Source: Dendrobates tinctorius (Eukaryota). From it: a DNA stretch of 64,000 bases. Shown here in pieces: positions 52,108 through 64,000 of this stretch. The notes beneath the pieces were generated by a model that was not told the DNA's origin, ran no database searches, and saw only the letters and a list, made by a program, of their open reading frames with translations. How positions within the stretch are numbered: position 1 is the stretch's first letter; every line of letters starts with the position of its first letter. The stretch spans positions 2,728,001-2,792,000 of the forward strand of contig NW_027361906.1 in assembly GCF_039654945.1 (NCBI RefSeq). Direction: 5' to 3'. A program made the position numbers and the translations under genes.

Positions 52108-55103
52108 CTGCAGAACAAGAAATGAGCGCATCTGGTGACGGCCTGCTGAATGCGAATCCGAAAAACAAAGTGTGTACATATATTTCTAGGATTTTAGAAT
52201 AGAGTGTGCACCCAGAAGAAAAAATAAAAAAAAATTGTGTCACAACTGAATTGCACAAATAAGTTGCCATTTTTCACTCCTGTTTCTAGCAGCTACTCCA
52301 AAATGGGCTGAGCTGGGGCTCAACACCGTGGGTCGTCCATTTCATGACGAGCTGTGATATTACTTACTCATGAAGAGGCTGATTTTTTGGCAAACACTTA
52401 TGACTACACCATGCCACACCAGGGCTGGCTTTAGATAAAGTGGAGACCTGAACAAAATGTTAAAGTGGGGCCCTTACATATTTCACCACCACACAAACAC
52501 ATTTCCACACCCATTTACACTGGCTGAGGAAGAATGATTGATCGTTCTGTGCCTATCTGTCCCCATATAGTCTCTTAGCAGCATATCGGAGGTTTTCACC
52601 AGGCAATGTGCTGCTGTGAACAATGATTTTTGTTCCAGCATAAACAATCCAATCACTCGAATAGGCAGCATTTTACTTGTTTAGTATAATACACACAACA
52701 TAGCCCTCCACATAGTATAATGCACTACCATAGAATACATACAGTTTGATACACAGCCTATAGTCCTCAATAGACTACAATGCTCCCCCATAGAATGGTA
52801 GAGTTGGAAGGGACCTTCAGCGTCATAGTGTCCAACCCCCTTCTCAAGGCAAGATTCACTAAACCATCTCAGTCAGATGTCTGTCCAGCCTCTGTTTGAA
52901 GACTTCCATTGAAGGAGAACTCACCACCTCTCGTGGCAGCCTGTTCCACTCATTGATCACCCTCATTGTCAAAAAGTTTTTCTAATAACAAATCTGTATC
53001 TTCTCCCTTTCAGTTTCATCCCAATGTTTCCATGTGTAAGTGAGAATAATGATCCCTCTACACTGACAGCCATTCAGATATTTGCAGACAGCTATTAAGT
53101 CTCCTCTCAGGCTTCTCTTTTGCAAGGTAAACATCCCCAAATCCTGCAACCGTTCCTCATTGGACAATTTGCAGACTGGTCACCATCCTGGTCGCTCTTC
53201 TCTGAACTGTCTCCAGCTTGTTAAGGTCTTATTTAAAATGTGGTGCTCAAAGCTGGACACAGTATTCTGGATAAGGTCTGTAGGAGGCGTAGAGCGGGAT
53301 AATTACCTCACGTGATCTAGACTCTTTGCTTCTCTTAATATATCCTAGAGCTGTGGTTTCCCATTTTGCTGCTGCATCACATGGTTGACTCATGTGCAGT
53401 CTGATCTATTAATTCGCAAACCCAAGTCTTTTTTCACACGTGCTGTTGCTTAGCCCATTCCTCCCATTCTATATATTTTTTTCTTGGCCAGATTTAGGAC
53501 TTGCAATTAAAACCACTGATAGTTCCAATTTGTTTAAATATCTTTGAATCCTCTCTTCTCTAGCATTAGCTAGCCCTCCTAGCTTTGTGTCAGCAAATTA
53601 AATCAGTTTGCCCTCAATTCCTTCATCTAAATCATTGATAAAGTTGAACTACATCGGGCCTAGGACAGAGCCCCGTGGCACCCCACTTGAAACTTTTCCA
53701 ATTAGATGCACAGCCATTTATGATCACTGAGACAGTTATGAATCCACCTAGCTGTAGCCTTGTCCATTCCATACTCCTTGTCAATAAGGATGGTATGAGA
53801 TTTTGTTAAAATGCTTTAGCGAAGTCAAGATATGCTATATCTACTGCATTTCCCCGATTCACCCAGTCAGTGATTCTATCATAGAAGGAAATTAAAGTTA
53901 GGCTGACCCTGTATTTTTCTGTTTATAAAACACACTCCCTCTCCCCCCCCCCCCCCCCCAAAAAAAAAAAAAAAAAAAAAAAATATTGGAGGGAAGTGAG
54001 GATGCGTCTTTTAATGTGGAAATACATAACAGAACATATACCTTACTGGTACTGTTGCTGCAGGCCGGGATGAGAGGGTGTCCAGCGGTTCTACAGTGGT
54101 GGTGGTGTGGGGGGGGGGGGAAATGCCTGCTGCCAGGGGTCTGCCAACATTTTGTGAAAGGCCAGAGCCCCAGCAGTTCCGTGGTTTCCTGTGTGGTGGA
54201 CTCTGGGAAAATGGTCACCAGAGGCAGCACGGATGGAGATCTCTGCACCATGATCTCGGGAGATGAGATTTCAGTGCCGAGATCTCATCTCCCGAGATCA
54301 TGGTGCAGAGATCTCCATCCACCCTTCCCCCAGTGGCCACCGCACAGGAATATGTTAGCCACGTATGCCCTCACAATATGTTTATAGATATTGAAAGAAT
54401 AAAAGAATCCACACTAACAGTGAAGATCAGTTGATGTTATATTTGCTTTCTGAGAGAACACAGATGCAAAGTATGAAATCTAAAAGCTCAGCTTCTCCAT
54501 TTATTTTTTTTTGGAAAACGCTGGGGAGAGACAGCAAAAATAGGGTCTTTTCTGATTAACATTAAAAAAATTACTTTCAGATTCTGCTAACCTGATCCAG
54601 GATAATGTGCACTTTTGGTTGCGAAATTCAGCTGCTGCAGATCCATAGATTGTAGGTGAGCCACCATATATCCATGTCAAGGAAATTTTGTGGATACAAT
54701 GAGCTTCTGATTTACAGAAGACATAAATCCAGGAAATCTAATAACTGGTTAGTAAACGCGTTTTGAAGTGACACTTTCAGGAAAACAACCACATGTAGGT
54801 ACAACATACAAGACTGTATGCAGACAGCATGGTGTTCTTTAGATCTGCCTCCTCTTCCCATTTGATAAAGCATTTCTCTTACTTTTTAACATGTGTTTAA
54901 AGTTGTCTTCATCCATCTCGATTTCCTTAATTGCCTTCTATTCTTCCCTCTTTTAGGGATTGTTAACAGTTCTGCTTTGAAAATCTTTCAAAATTTCCCC
55001 AGGACACTTCTGCCCTTAAGGATATCTAGCCATTAGATCCCTTATATCCACTTTGAGTCCATTAGAATTTTGGATAAACTAGAGGAAGACCTGCGAGGAC
55101 TAA

Positions 55104-55687
55104 GGCTATGTGCACACGTTGCAGATTCGTGTGTGGATTTTTCCCACGTGGAATCTGCAGGTAAAAAAGACCTGCGTTTTCGCCTGCGTTCTTACACCTG
55201 CAGATTCCTATAATGGAATGGATGTAAAACCGCTGCAGAATCCGCACAAAGAATTGACATGCTGTGGAAAATAAACTGCTGGATTTCCACAGCATGTGCA
55301 CAGCGGTTTTTGTTTTCCATAGGATAACATGGTACTGTACATCCCATGGAAAACTGCTGCAGATCCAGAGGGCCAAATCCACAACGTGTGCATATACTCT
55401 GAGGCCATGTGCACACATTGCGGATTCTGCTGCGGATCCGCAGTGTTTCAGGCTCTTCGGGTCCGCAGCAGATTTAGGTGCGTTGTACAGTACCATTGTT
55501 TTCAATGGTAAACTGAAAAACGCTGTGCACATGCTGCAGATTTTTCCGCGTGGATTTGCTGCGGGTTCAAATCCACATGTCAGTTCTTTGTGCGGAATCC
55601 GCAGCGGTTTCACACCTTCTCCATTATAGAGGTGTGAAACCGCAGCACCTAAATTCACAGCACCTAAAATTACGTGTGCACATAGCC
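55104..55687. mobile_element. PIF/Harbinger-type MITE inside the CR1
   Basis: TAA|GGCTATGTGCACACGT ... ACGTGTGCACATAGCC|TGA (perfect 16-bp TIRs). Confidence 0.85.
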
Positions 55688-57107
55688 TGAGACTTCAAGG
55701 TTGGATATAAGAAAGGCAGATTTTATGATAGCATGGTCGCTACCTCCTAGGGTTCCAGCCACTTTTACCTCAACCATTTCCTCCCTGTCAGTAGCGTAGC
55801 TACCGGGGGGCAGTCGCCCCAGGCCCCGAGCTCTGAGGGGGCCCACCGGAGCTACGCTACTGTAACTGTATCGGCGTGCACAGCGCGCCCATACAGTTAC
55901 ATTCTGAGGCAGAGCAGGGAGAATCGATCTCCCTACTCTGCCGACCAGCTGCTATGGGCCCCTGAGAAGGCGGTGGGGGGCCCCGATGCCAGCAGTGCAT
56001 CCCCCACTCACAGCCAGCAATGTCATCCTGGGCTATTCTGTGCACACAGGACCTGTGATGTCACGGGAGGGGTGGAGTCAGGGGGTCACATGATCAGGGC
56101 CTTCAGCGGCTGCAGGGCTCTGCTGTGCTGGTTGTCATGGTGCTGGATGAGGTGAAGCAAGTTTCTGTGTGGGCTCAGGAGGGGTTTACAGGGTGGATGT
56201 AGCAGAGCTGTGTGTATGAGGTGTACAGAGCAGAGCCGTGTGTAGGTGGTGTACGGAGCAGAGATATGCATATATGAGGTGTACAGAGGAGCGGAGCCGC
56301 GTGTGTATGGGGTGAGTGGAGCCGTTTGTGTACGGAGCAGAGCCAAGTGTGCATGTGTCGGGGTGTACAGAGCAGATCCGTGTGTGCAGGGTGTACGGAT
56401 TGGAGCCGTATGTGTACGAGGTGTATGGTGCGAAGCAGAGTGTGTACGGGGTGGGCGGAGCAGAGCTGTGTGTACAAGGTGTAAGGAGCAGAGGCGCATG
56501 TGTATAGGGGGTGTCAGGTGCAGTAATAGGGACACATACAGCACCCGCGGCTCAGCATTGGGGTATCAGGTGCAGTAATAGGGACACATATGGCAGCAGA
56601 GGCTCAGCATTGGGGTATCAGCAGGATGAGTGGTTTGTGCAGGTTGGGGATACATGGTGATGGGGCTGGAATATGAGAAGTGAAACGTGTCGTATTCTCT
56701 GTAGCAGAGTTCTGGCTGGAGGAATTGTCATGTCGGTCTGGGCCAGATGGAAAAGACGTGAAAAGTGACCGATTCCATCAGAAAGAACGTCAGCAGTAAG
56801 ACACCAACTATACCTGTGCAGTAATCAGGGCTGTGGAGTCGGTAAGCCACAGTTGCGACTCCTGGATTTTTTCAGGCTCCGACTCAGACTCCTTCATAAA
56901 TGGCCAATTCATAACAAATTTACTGTTGTAAAATATTAAACATCGTGCTTATTCAGTTTCTCACCATCATATAAGTAATCAGACCACTTAGAGCAAAAAC
57001 TACATTTATTAGAATACAATTAGAATATAGCAAATAACTTTTATAAACTTTTCTAAACTGTAAGTAAATATGCAATAAACACTTTTATGCAGTTAATAAG
57101 AAGAAAT

Positions 57108-59349
57108 CTATAAATTTGTCCTCAGAAAAAGTATTGTCTCTGTCAGATCCTCCTTCATGGATGCCCTCAAATCTGATCTAATTATTTTGAGAGCAGAGAA
57201 CAACCTCTCTACACTAACTTGTGTTGGTGGCAAAGCAGTAACCACTCGGGCAACATCTCTGACAATGTCAGGATACAGAGGAATCGCTTGTTGCACTGTT
57301 ATTTTTGATGAACGGTCAAATTTCTCAATTTCTTTTAGTGCACATGAAAAATTCTGCTGAAATGTACTGGCTGTGTTCCTTGATGGGGAGGACTCTTCTT
57401 CTATGCGGGAACGCTTTGCACGGTCCTTGTGATCCAAATATTTTTCAAAATTAAATTCTTCATCAGTTGATGAGGGTGAAGATGTGGCAGGATGACCAAA
57501 TTCTTCTTGTTCCTCCTGACTGTTCTGCAACCCTTTCATCCTTACTGCTATTTCAAACAGAGCTTCTTTTCCTTTACTTAGCTGTTGATCATCTAGAAGA
57601 ATCTGATGCATTGGGTCTACACAAACAGCTGCCAAAAGAATGTTATTTTGTAATAGTAGCGCCTCTCTCCGTTTCATTGATGTAGCAATGCCACTTGCAA
57701 TTAACCCTCCTCGTTTGGACAGGCGAAACATCAGGTTCTTCCACTCCTTTAATAAAATACCTGGAGTTAAGTCCTCTGCTTGTAATTTTTTAGTCACTGT
57801 AAATGGGTGCTCCAGCAATTTTTCCAGCTCAGTCACCTGATTCCACTGACTTTCATTTAGCGTCAGTTGAGGGTTAGCCATGTCTACAAGAAAGGTTTTC
57901 AGTTCAACCAAGCGCTGAATCATTAAGTAAGTACTGCCCCATCGTGTGGCTTGATCAATAATTGCCCCTTTTCCAGCACATCTCTTCAAAATTGAGTCAA
58001 CTTTAGGGGTTCTGGCAACAGTAGCCAATTTTCTCACCTTGCCAGTCAGTGCAGCAGCATGTCCTTCTTGCAGACTGTCTTATAGCCAGCTGTAGCGTAT
58101 GCACAACACAGCGCATGTGATGAATGAAAGAACATATTGGCACAGTTTCAACAAGATCTAAGGCTGGTTTCACATTAGCCGTGCGCACCAAAATCAATCT
58201 TTTCGGATTTCGGCGCACCGTCAAAGTGCGCAGCGCAGGTCAAAGCGCAACTAGCGCACGGCCTGCGCACGATCTGCGCACCCTATGCTAAAGATAGGGT
58301 GCGCCGATCGCAGGCGCCGCTGTGCGCTAGGAGGCGGCGCTACAAGCAAGGGGCGGGCACGCCGGCAGAGCTACCCCCGGCCGTGCGTGCGCTTAAAAAG
58401 CGCTAATGTGAAGCCAGCCTTAACTATCATGTTGCTGTTCATCTGAAGCAACTTCAGTTTGCTCCTCAGTTACAATACTGTGTTCCTCTATTTCAAACAT
58501 TTCTGTGTCTGTGGACCCAGAATGTTCTTCTAGCTGCTGGTCACCATCATTACTCTCATTCATTAGCTTAATAGTACTTATCATATTTGAAGCATTGTCA
58601 GTTACGACAGAAAGAACTTGCTCTTTTTTAAGTTCATAGTCTTGCAGAACCTTTTCCACCAAGACCTGGAGAAACTCACTGGTGTGATGAGCTTTGGTGT
58701 CTTTTACTGCCAATGTCTTGGTAACTATTTCATTTTTGTCACAAACAAATCGGACATTGATGGCAAAATAGTTCACTCTGTGACGTGTGCAGGCATCCAT
58801 TTTAAGAAACAGAAAGCGTCCCTTGAGAGTTTTTTTTAAGTTCTTCCTTTTGTTTAAAAGCTTCTTCGATTACTAATTTTCTAATACTCTCTCTCTCCAG
58901 AGAAACACCAAGCTTGCGGGCAATTTCCCCATTCAGACACAAAAGCTGGTCGTGAAAATAATGAAATAGGCACACTATCCTTTACAACAAGCTCGATCTG
59001 TTTTTTAAATGTATCTACTGTCATTGTCACAGTAACTAATATCTTGCAACTGATGGCTGCAAAGTTCCCTGCTCCTTTGTTTGGCTGGAAGAGCTGGGCA
59101 CTGGTTCATTGGTTTGGATGCAGTCTCTCATCCACTGCTTTCAGTACTTCTGGATGAAAGCGCTGTAAATGTCTCTTTAGATTAGAAGCTCTGGTAGGAG
59201 CATTTTTTCATCTTTGCCTGAATATGCACTCATCTTGGCTTCACAGCATTTGTTTTCGTCTGGATCATTTGTCATACACTGACAGACATGTCTTGAGTGA
59301 TGGTGAAATGTTCAAATACAGCTGATTTAATGTGATGCTTCTTTGACAT
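57108..59349 (-). pseudogene. hAT transposase pseudogene
   Basis: BED-finger-like N-terminus (SAVFEHF...SNLKRHLQRFH), VVTDNASNM, RCVVHTLQL, TRWGSTY, PPTQVSVERLFS; several frameshifts and a MITE insertion. Confidence 0.92.
58162..58419. mobile_element. PIF/Harbinger-type MITE inside the hAT transposase
   Basis: TAA|GGCTGGTTTCACATTAGC ... GCTAATGTGAAGCCAGCC|TTA; removing it restores the reading QQHDSLDLVET. Confidence 0.9.
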
Positions 59350-61289
59350 TCTCAGGTTTTTAATTCTGCATTCACAATCCAAATGACAATTGTTTTTCCT
59401 AAAAACAATTGTACAAAATTATTGCCAGGTCGTACAACTGATATAGTGGTCAGTAATACTGTTATTATTCCTCATGTACTCACAGTTAACTGATACAAAG
59501 TTTGTTGAAAGGATAATACTTCTTACAGTCTTCCTCTTCTGAGTAGCAGGCAGCTGTGAGATGCTTGGAAGACGCACACCTAGTATGATCTAGTCTAGAG
59601 GAGGAGCTTTACTACTAAGAATTTGCAACACATTTTCACTTTCAGTTTCATACATTGTAAGTAGGGGAGGTTGGGGCAGCATGAGGTTAACCAAGTATAA
59701 GATTAGATAAGGAAAGTGGAGAACAGTGACACACAAGAAGTAAGAAATGTCTCTATCTCCAGCAGAACTGCTTATCACTGTTCATAGTTTGATAGAACAT
59801 ATATATTTGAGTAACATTTATAAAATTCATATGAAAGTTCAATTATGAAATATTAATACTTTTTTTTAAAGCTGGAGTCGGTACATTTCTACCGACTCCA
59901 ACCAAAACTAACTCCGACTCCGACTCCACAGCCCTGGCAGTAATCACATGTTTTGTAGGACTGGTATTTACCACTGACCATATTGCGGTACTATCCATGT
60001 TGTTCTTTATATAGGGATTATTTTCAGTAACAGCGCAGTCATCTCCTACATCCACCATTAAGGGGAGTCACCTAGTTGTAATCAAAGTTACCTAGTTAGG
60101 GGCCCACTCAAGTTTCGCCCCCCTGAACCGAAACCCTAGCTACGCCTCTGCTCCCTGTTTATAAGGATTAGATCCAAGGTAGCAGTTCCCCTTGTTTTCT
60201 CCCCTACCTTTTGGAAGATAAAGTTGTCAGCAAGAGAGGATAAGAATTTCCTTGACCTGTTAGTTTTGCCTGAGAGAGATTCCCAACAAATGTCTGGATA
60301 GTTGAAATCTCCCATGACAACTATGTCATATTTTTTGGAGAACTTGGCCATTTGATGCATAAAGAGTTCATCCATATCTTCAGCTTGCACAGGCGGCCTG
60401 TAGTAAATGCCTACAATGGTGTCCTTTCCATTGTCCTGTCCTACCCAAACAGTTTCCACAGAACTCCCAGTCTCTGAACCTTCAATCTCTGTGCAGATAT
60501 ACGCGTTTCTAACATACAATGCGACACCTCCTCCTCGTTTATCAAGTCTGTTTCTTGCAAATAAGTTGTATCTTTCTAGCCTTGTATTCCAATCAGGAGT
60601 ATCATCCCACCAAGATTCGGTGATTCCAATACAATGTGGCTCCACTGAGTACATATAGTGCAATTTAAAAAAAAAAAAAAAAAAAGTTGCTCTATACTTC
60701 TCCCACTAGATGGCGGCACTTGAGCTACTCATAAGCAGCAGATCCTCGCCCTTCACATAAGGCGGAGATATGGATTTTGTCAGAGGTAATTCCCATTTCT
60801 TGTTTCCATGGACAGGAACGTTCTCAGCTTTGGGAGATCTAAGCACGTACTGACTATTCAGAATTTGCATCCATCGAGTGTGTAATCCAGACGCTCTCCA
60901 ACAAGTTTTAGGATGATTTGGGGTTTTCTCCATCCTTTACAGTTGCCGGTGGTTCATCTAGTAAAGAATGAATTGTGGATTTGCCGTGATAGCCTGTGCA
61001 ACATAGAGCAGACTATCGGATGATCGCAGCTTCTAGTCTCCTATGGAGACTATTGAAGCCAGTAAAACTTTAAAAAAAAAAATAAAGTTCAAATCACCCC
61101 CATTTTTCCCCATTCAAAACAAAAAAAAACAAAAAAAAAAAACTGGTACTACAGTGTTCAGAATCATCAATATGAAAATTAATCCAATCAGTAAACTACA
61201 CAAGAAAAAAAAAAAAACCACGAACAAAAATCACAAGACACAGAATTACGTTTTTTGGTCGCCACAAAATTAAAAAATGAGACGCTTAC

Positions 61290-61430
61290 CTCAGCAAATG
61301 CCTCACATCCAGAAAACACTACGTTAGGGCGGAAATTTCTTATGGATACTCTCTTTTCTAGCTTGGAGTTTAGATTTTCAAGGGACGCTTCAGAAAGTAC
61401 CAGATAAGGGGCAAGATCAGGATATGCCAC
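61290..61430 (-). CDS. mtarc1: mARC exon 4 (141 bp)
   Basis: VAYPDLAPYLVLSEASLENLNSKLEKRVSIRNFRPNVVFSGCEAFAE (MOSC FRPN motif); CAG acceptor, GTAAGC donor. Confidence 0.95.
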
Positions 61431-62127
61431 CTGCAGGACCGGGATGAAAAGAAAAAAAAAAAAGAAAAAAAAAGGGCATTGCTGAAACTCAATAATTGAT
61501 CATGATTACGAAGATTAACACAGACGCTGGGAACATAACAGGAAGAACTCCACAGCAACGAAATCTATAGCAAAATGCCCGATGTTACCCTTACAACTCC
61601 CTCCATGCATTACAGCAGGACGTTATCTGTACAACTAGTATCGGAGGCAGAAAGTCCTGGTGACCAGAGTCAAAGTGAAGTTTCTGCCCAATTCACCATC
61701 TTTTTCATAGCTATAAAAGGTTCCCCCACCCATTAGACTGAAGAGAAAAAAAACAAAAAAAAACAAACTGTAATTTCCTCTAAAATCCTTTTTTGAATGA
61801 AAGCCTGAGAGTTAACAGGAAAGCAGTAGGATTGTGAAGCTGAACAATGTTCTAGGTAAGATGCAGTGCTCAATATTACCCAAGAAGTGAAATATTGTTC
61901 TCCCAAATATCATACCAGTCTGATATGGTGGAAGACTGGCATGTTTTTTAGTCCTCCTCACCCCCACTTCCCATCCTCGATAGGTCGTCAATGATAAAAG
62001 TAGGTGAGCTCTGCCCAGGCTCCCTTATAAAACGGGACAACACCAAATCTATATCCTTGTTTAGGACTGCATCACTTGTTCTTTTACCCACACTTCACCT
62101 TTAACTTCCACCCTGACACCGACTAAC

Positions 62128-62293
62128 CTGACCGCTCTCGGTATACAGTGGAAACTCATTTTTTGGATTCCTGGTCTTCATTTTGTCTTCAAAATAAACA
62201 AGACGATAGGTCTGGGAGCTCTTTAAGTAGTTGGTTGCCCAGTCCGAGGCTTCATTGCCACAGTCTCTGCCTTGAACCTCATTGCCATGAACT
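62128..62293 (-). CDS. mtarc1: mARC exon 3 (166 bp)
   Basis: (K)VHGNEVQGRDCGNEASDWATNYLKSSQTYRLVYFEDKMKTRNPKNEFPLYTESGQ; CAG acceptor, GTTAGT donor. Confidence 0.93.
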
Positions 62294-62696
62294 CTGAAAG
62301 AAAAACACAATGGAGTCGTGTGCTGAAAACACTCAGTCAACGTGAATCTCAGGGTCACAATTCTGATCTTATACCTGGGAATAGAATATTGTGTTGGCCC
62401 ATATAAGGTCTCATAAATGAGCTGAAGGAGGCACTGTATACATTAAGCTCCCCTAATGGTGACTGCAGACTGACAAATTTATCTTTTAAGAAGGAGCAGT
62501 CTCATTTTCTACTTTTTTGGCATATGTCATCCAAGCCATGTATGAAAGATGCTGGTCCAAGTTCAGCTTGTGCTTTGGGAACATTCCCCACCACAGAGTA
62601 GAGAGGTGGTTCTTTAACTTGAGTGAAAATTTGGAAAATTGCAAACTTGATATGTGTGCCAAGTGTACAATATGGGAACAACCTTCTATCACATAC

Positions 62697-62870
62697 TTGC
62701 ATGTAAAAACTGCGTTTGTTTTTGGCAGTTCCAACGGGATTTGGAGGACACCAATTTCTGGGGCACGGAGAGTTAGGTGATCATTGTCAGCGGTCACAGT
62801 TATCAGCAGCAGTCGTGGCTCTTCTCGGGCTGAAACGTGAACCTTGTCTTCCTTTACAACAAGCCAATGT
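62697..62870 (-). CDS. mtarc1: mARC exon 2 (174 bp)
   Basis: (R)HWLVVKEDKVHVSAREEPRLLLITVTADNDHLTLRAPEIGVLQIPLELPKTNAVFTC(K); CAG acceptor, GTATGT donor. Exon 1 not found in the window. Confidence 0.92.
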
Positions 62871-63864
62871 CTGGAATGAAAAAGTTATTCAGGTATCAGG
62901 TCATAATCATTTCATACACGTCCATTTACTCACCCCCTAATCAACCTTTTGTGCATCTCCAATCCAAGACACTGTCTCAGGAGAATGGTCTTCACCTCCA
63001 AACATGGTCCCATGGCTGAGCCCACAAGCAAAGCAGGAACAGATTCTCCTAGTGTGCAAACACTGGAAGATGCAGGAAGAGGATTCATTGATTCTACAAA
63101 GGCTTTGCTTTATTCCCCCTCACAAAAAAAAGCCACTTGTTCATGGCCAAGCTCAACCCCATTCATATGAAAAAAAAAAAAAAAAAAAAAACTTCATCTA
63201 GCAATGGAGCGGACGTTTCGAATTGTGCTTTTCAAGGCAGCATGCGTTCAAAAAAAAAAAAAAAAACAAAAACAAAAAAAAAAAAACGTGCCCACCCACG
63301 ATACACAATACTTTTTCAGATGCCCAGCCCAAAAGATAGTGTATGGTGATATCTCCTCTCACTCAAAGTGGAAGAGGTTCTGTAGAAGCCAACTAGGGGT
63401 GACCAGGGGTTGGTGTGCCCCAGTGATATACAGTAGTCCATGGTGGTACAGGTTCCCTCATTTAGGGATGGCAAATAAATGCAGAATAGGGTACGGCAGA
63501 GACAGATCAGCAACAGCTTTACTCATGAAAGGCAGCAAGCTTCATGGTGCCAATAATTTTACGAGAGGCAGCATACTGGAAGAGGTAAATAGTATTTATA
63601 AATAAAGTAATGCGTCACAAAGCGCTGCTGCCAGTCACTTCAGCAGCGTAACTCACCTTGATTCAGTCTATGACACTGCACTCTTAGATCTTGATTTACT
63701 TTAAAACACTGGATAGCAATTGTCCAATGCATACGCTCGTGTGAGGAACCTTAAAGTGGCAGCATGAGCTTAAACAACAGGCAAGGTGATAGACCAGAGA
63801 CTATACATTCCTGGAAAACTTCTGGTTTCCATTGCTTGATTTCTCATTTGGGAGCCAGTGCATG

Positions 63865-64000
63865 TGGGTCACCCTTGCACACCCAGGGCAGCGGGGTACT
63901 CGGTACCGGGCCGGTGTCGAGGCGAGAAAGTGTCACAGCAGCGGTGACCCGGTCCATGGCCCTGGGCGCCCAATATCAATGGCGGTGATGTTAATGGTGT
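63865..64000 (-). mobile_element. 3' end of another family-B LTR, cut by the window edge (mARC intron 1)
   Basis: Near-identical to 42320-42460 and 45613-45755. Confidence 0.85.

Larger units (their letters stand above)
56826..59936 (-). mobile_element. Full-length hAT DNA transposon (defective)
   Basis: Perfect 8-bp TSD GCAGTAAT; TIRs CAGGGCTGTGGAGTCGG / CCGACTCCACAGCCCTG; subterminal GACTCC repeats. Confidence 0.95.
55789..60150. mobile_element. Non-autonomous hAT element (~1.24 kb without its nested insert) splitting the CR1 endonuclease
   Basis: Perfect 8-bp TSD CTCCCTGT; TIRs CAGTAGCGTAGCTA / TAGCTACGCCTCTG; internal ~30-bp GT-rich repeat 56180-56520. Confidence 0.88.
52789..60660 (-). 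mobile_element. Fragmented CR1 LINE in mARC intron 4 (pieces ~52789-53920, ~54830-55788, 60151-60660)
   Basis: Endonuclease motifs [31 protein letters not shown]; RT C-terminus NLISFYD and RSLRGDLI; CR1-type 3' end ATTCTATG near 52789. Confidence 0.88.

Noticed and set aside
63600-63760. Possible mARC exon 1 (GTGAGT donor at 63651-63656, a YPV tripeptide)
   Set aside because: In-frame stops and no YPVKSC/LRD motif; exon 1 is probably beyond the window

Overview
Repeat-rich eukaryotic DNA, most likely from a neobatrachian frog (inferred from the repeat families and gene structure). Most short ORFs in the ORF track are noise. The only host gene is a minus-strand mitochondrial amidoxime-reducing component (mARC/MOSC). 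Coding exons 2-7 lie at 62870-49024 with canonical GT-AG junctions; exon 1 is not in the window. The rest is transposable elements and repeats: a full-length but disabled Tf1/sushi-type chromovirus with a self-priming signature (12352-18189) and a related solo LTR; a 4.9 kb 30-bp satellite with higher-order duplications; a deleted Tc1; two related pol-less LTR elements primed by tRNA-Ser(CGA), one with a 1952-bp internal tandem duplication; L2 and CR1 LINE fragments; many hAT, Harbinger and Kolobok MITEs; and a four-level nested TE stack plus a micro-inversion in mARC intron 4. The most notable find is a 1.5-kb Penelope-like or retrozyme-like insertion (32157-33653) with a 14-bp TSD and ~400-bp inverted arms. 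Each arm carries a minimal hammerhead ribozyme motif with a compensatory U3-A8 core.
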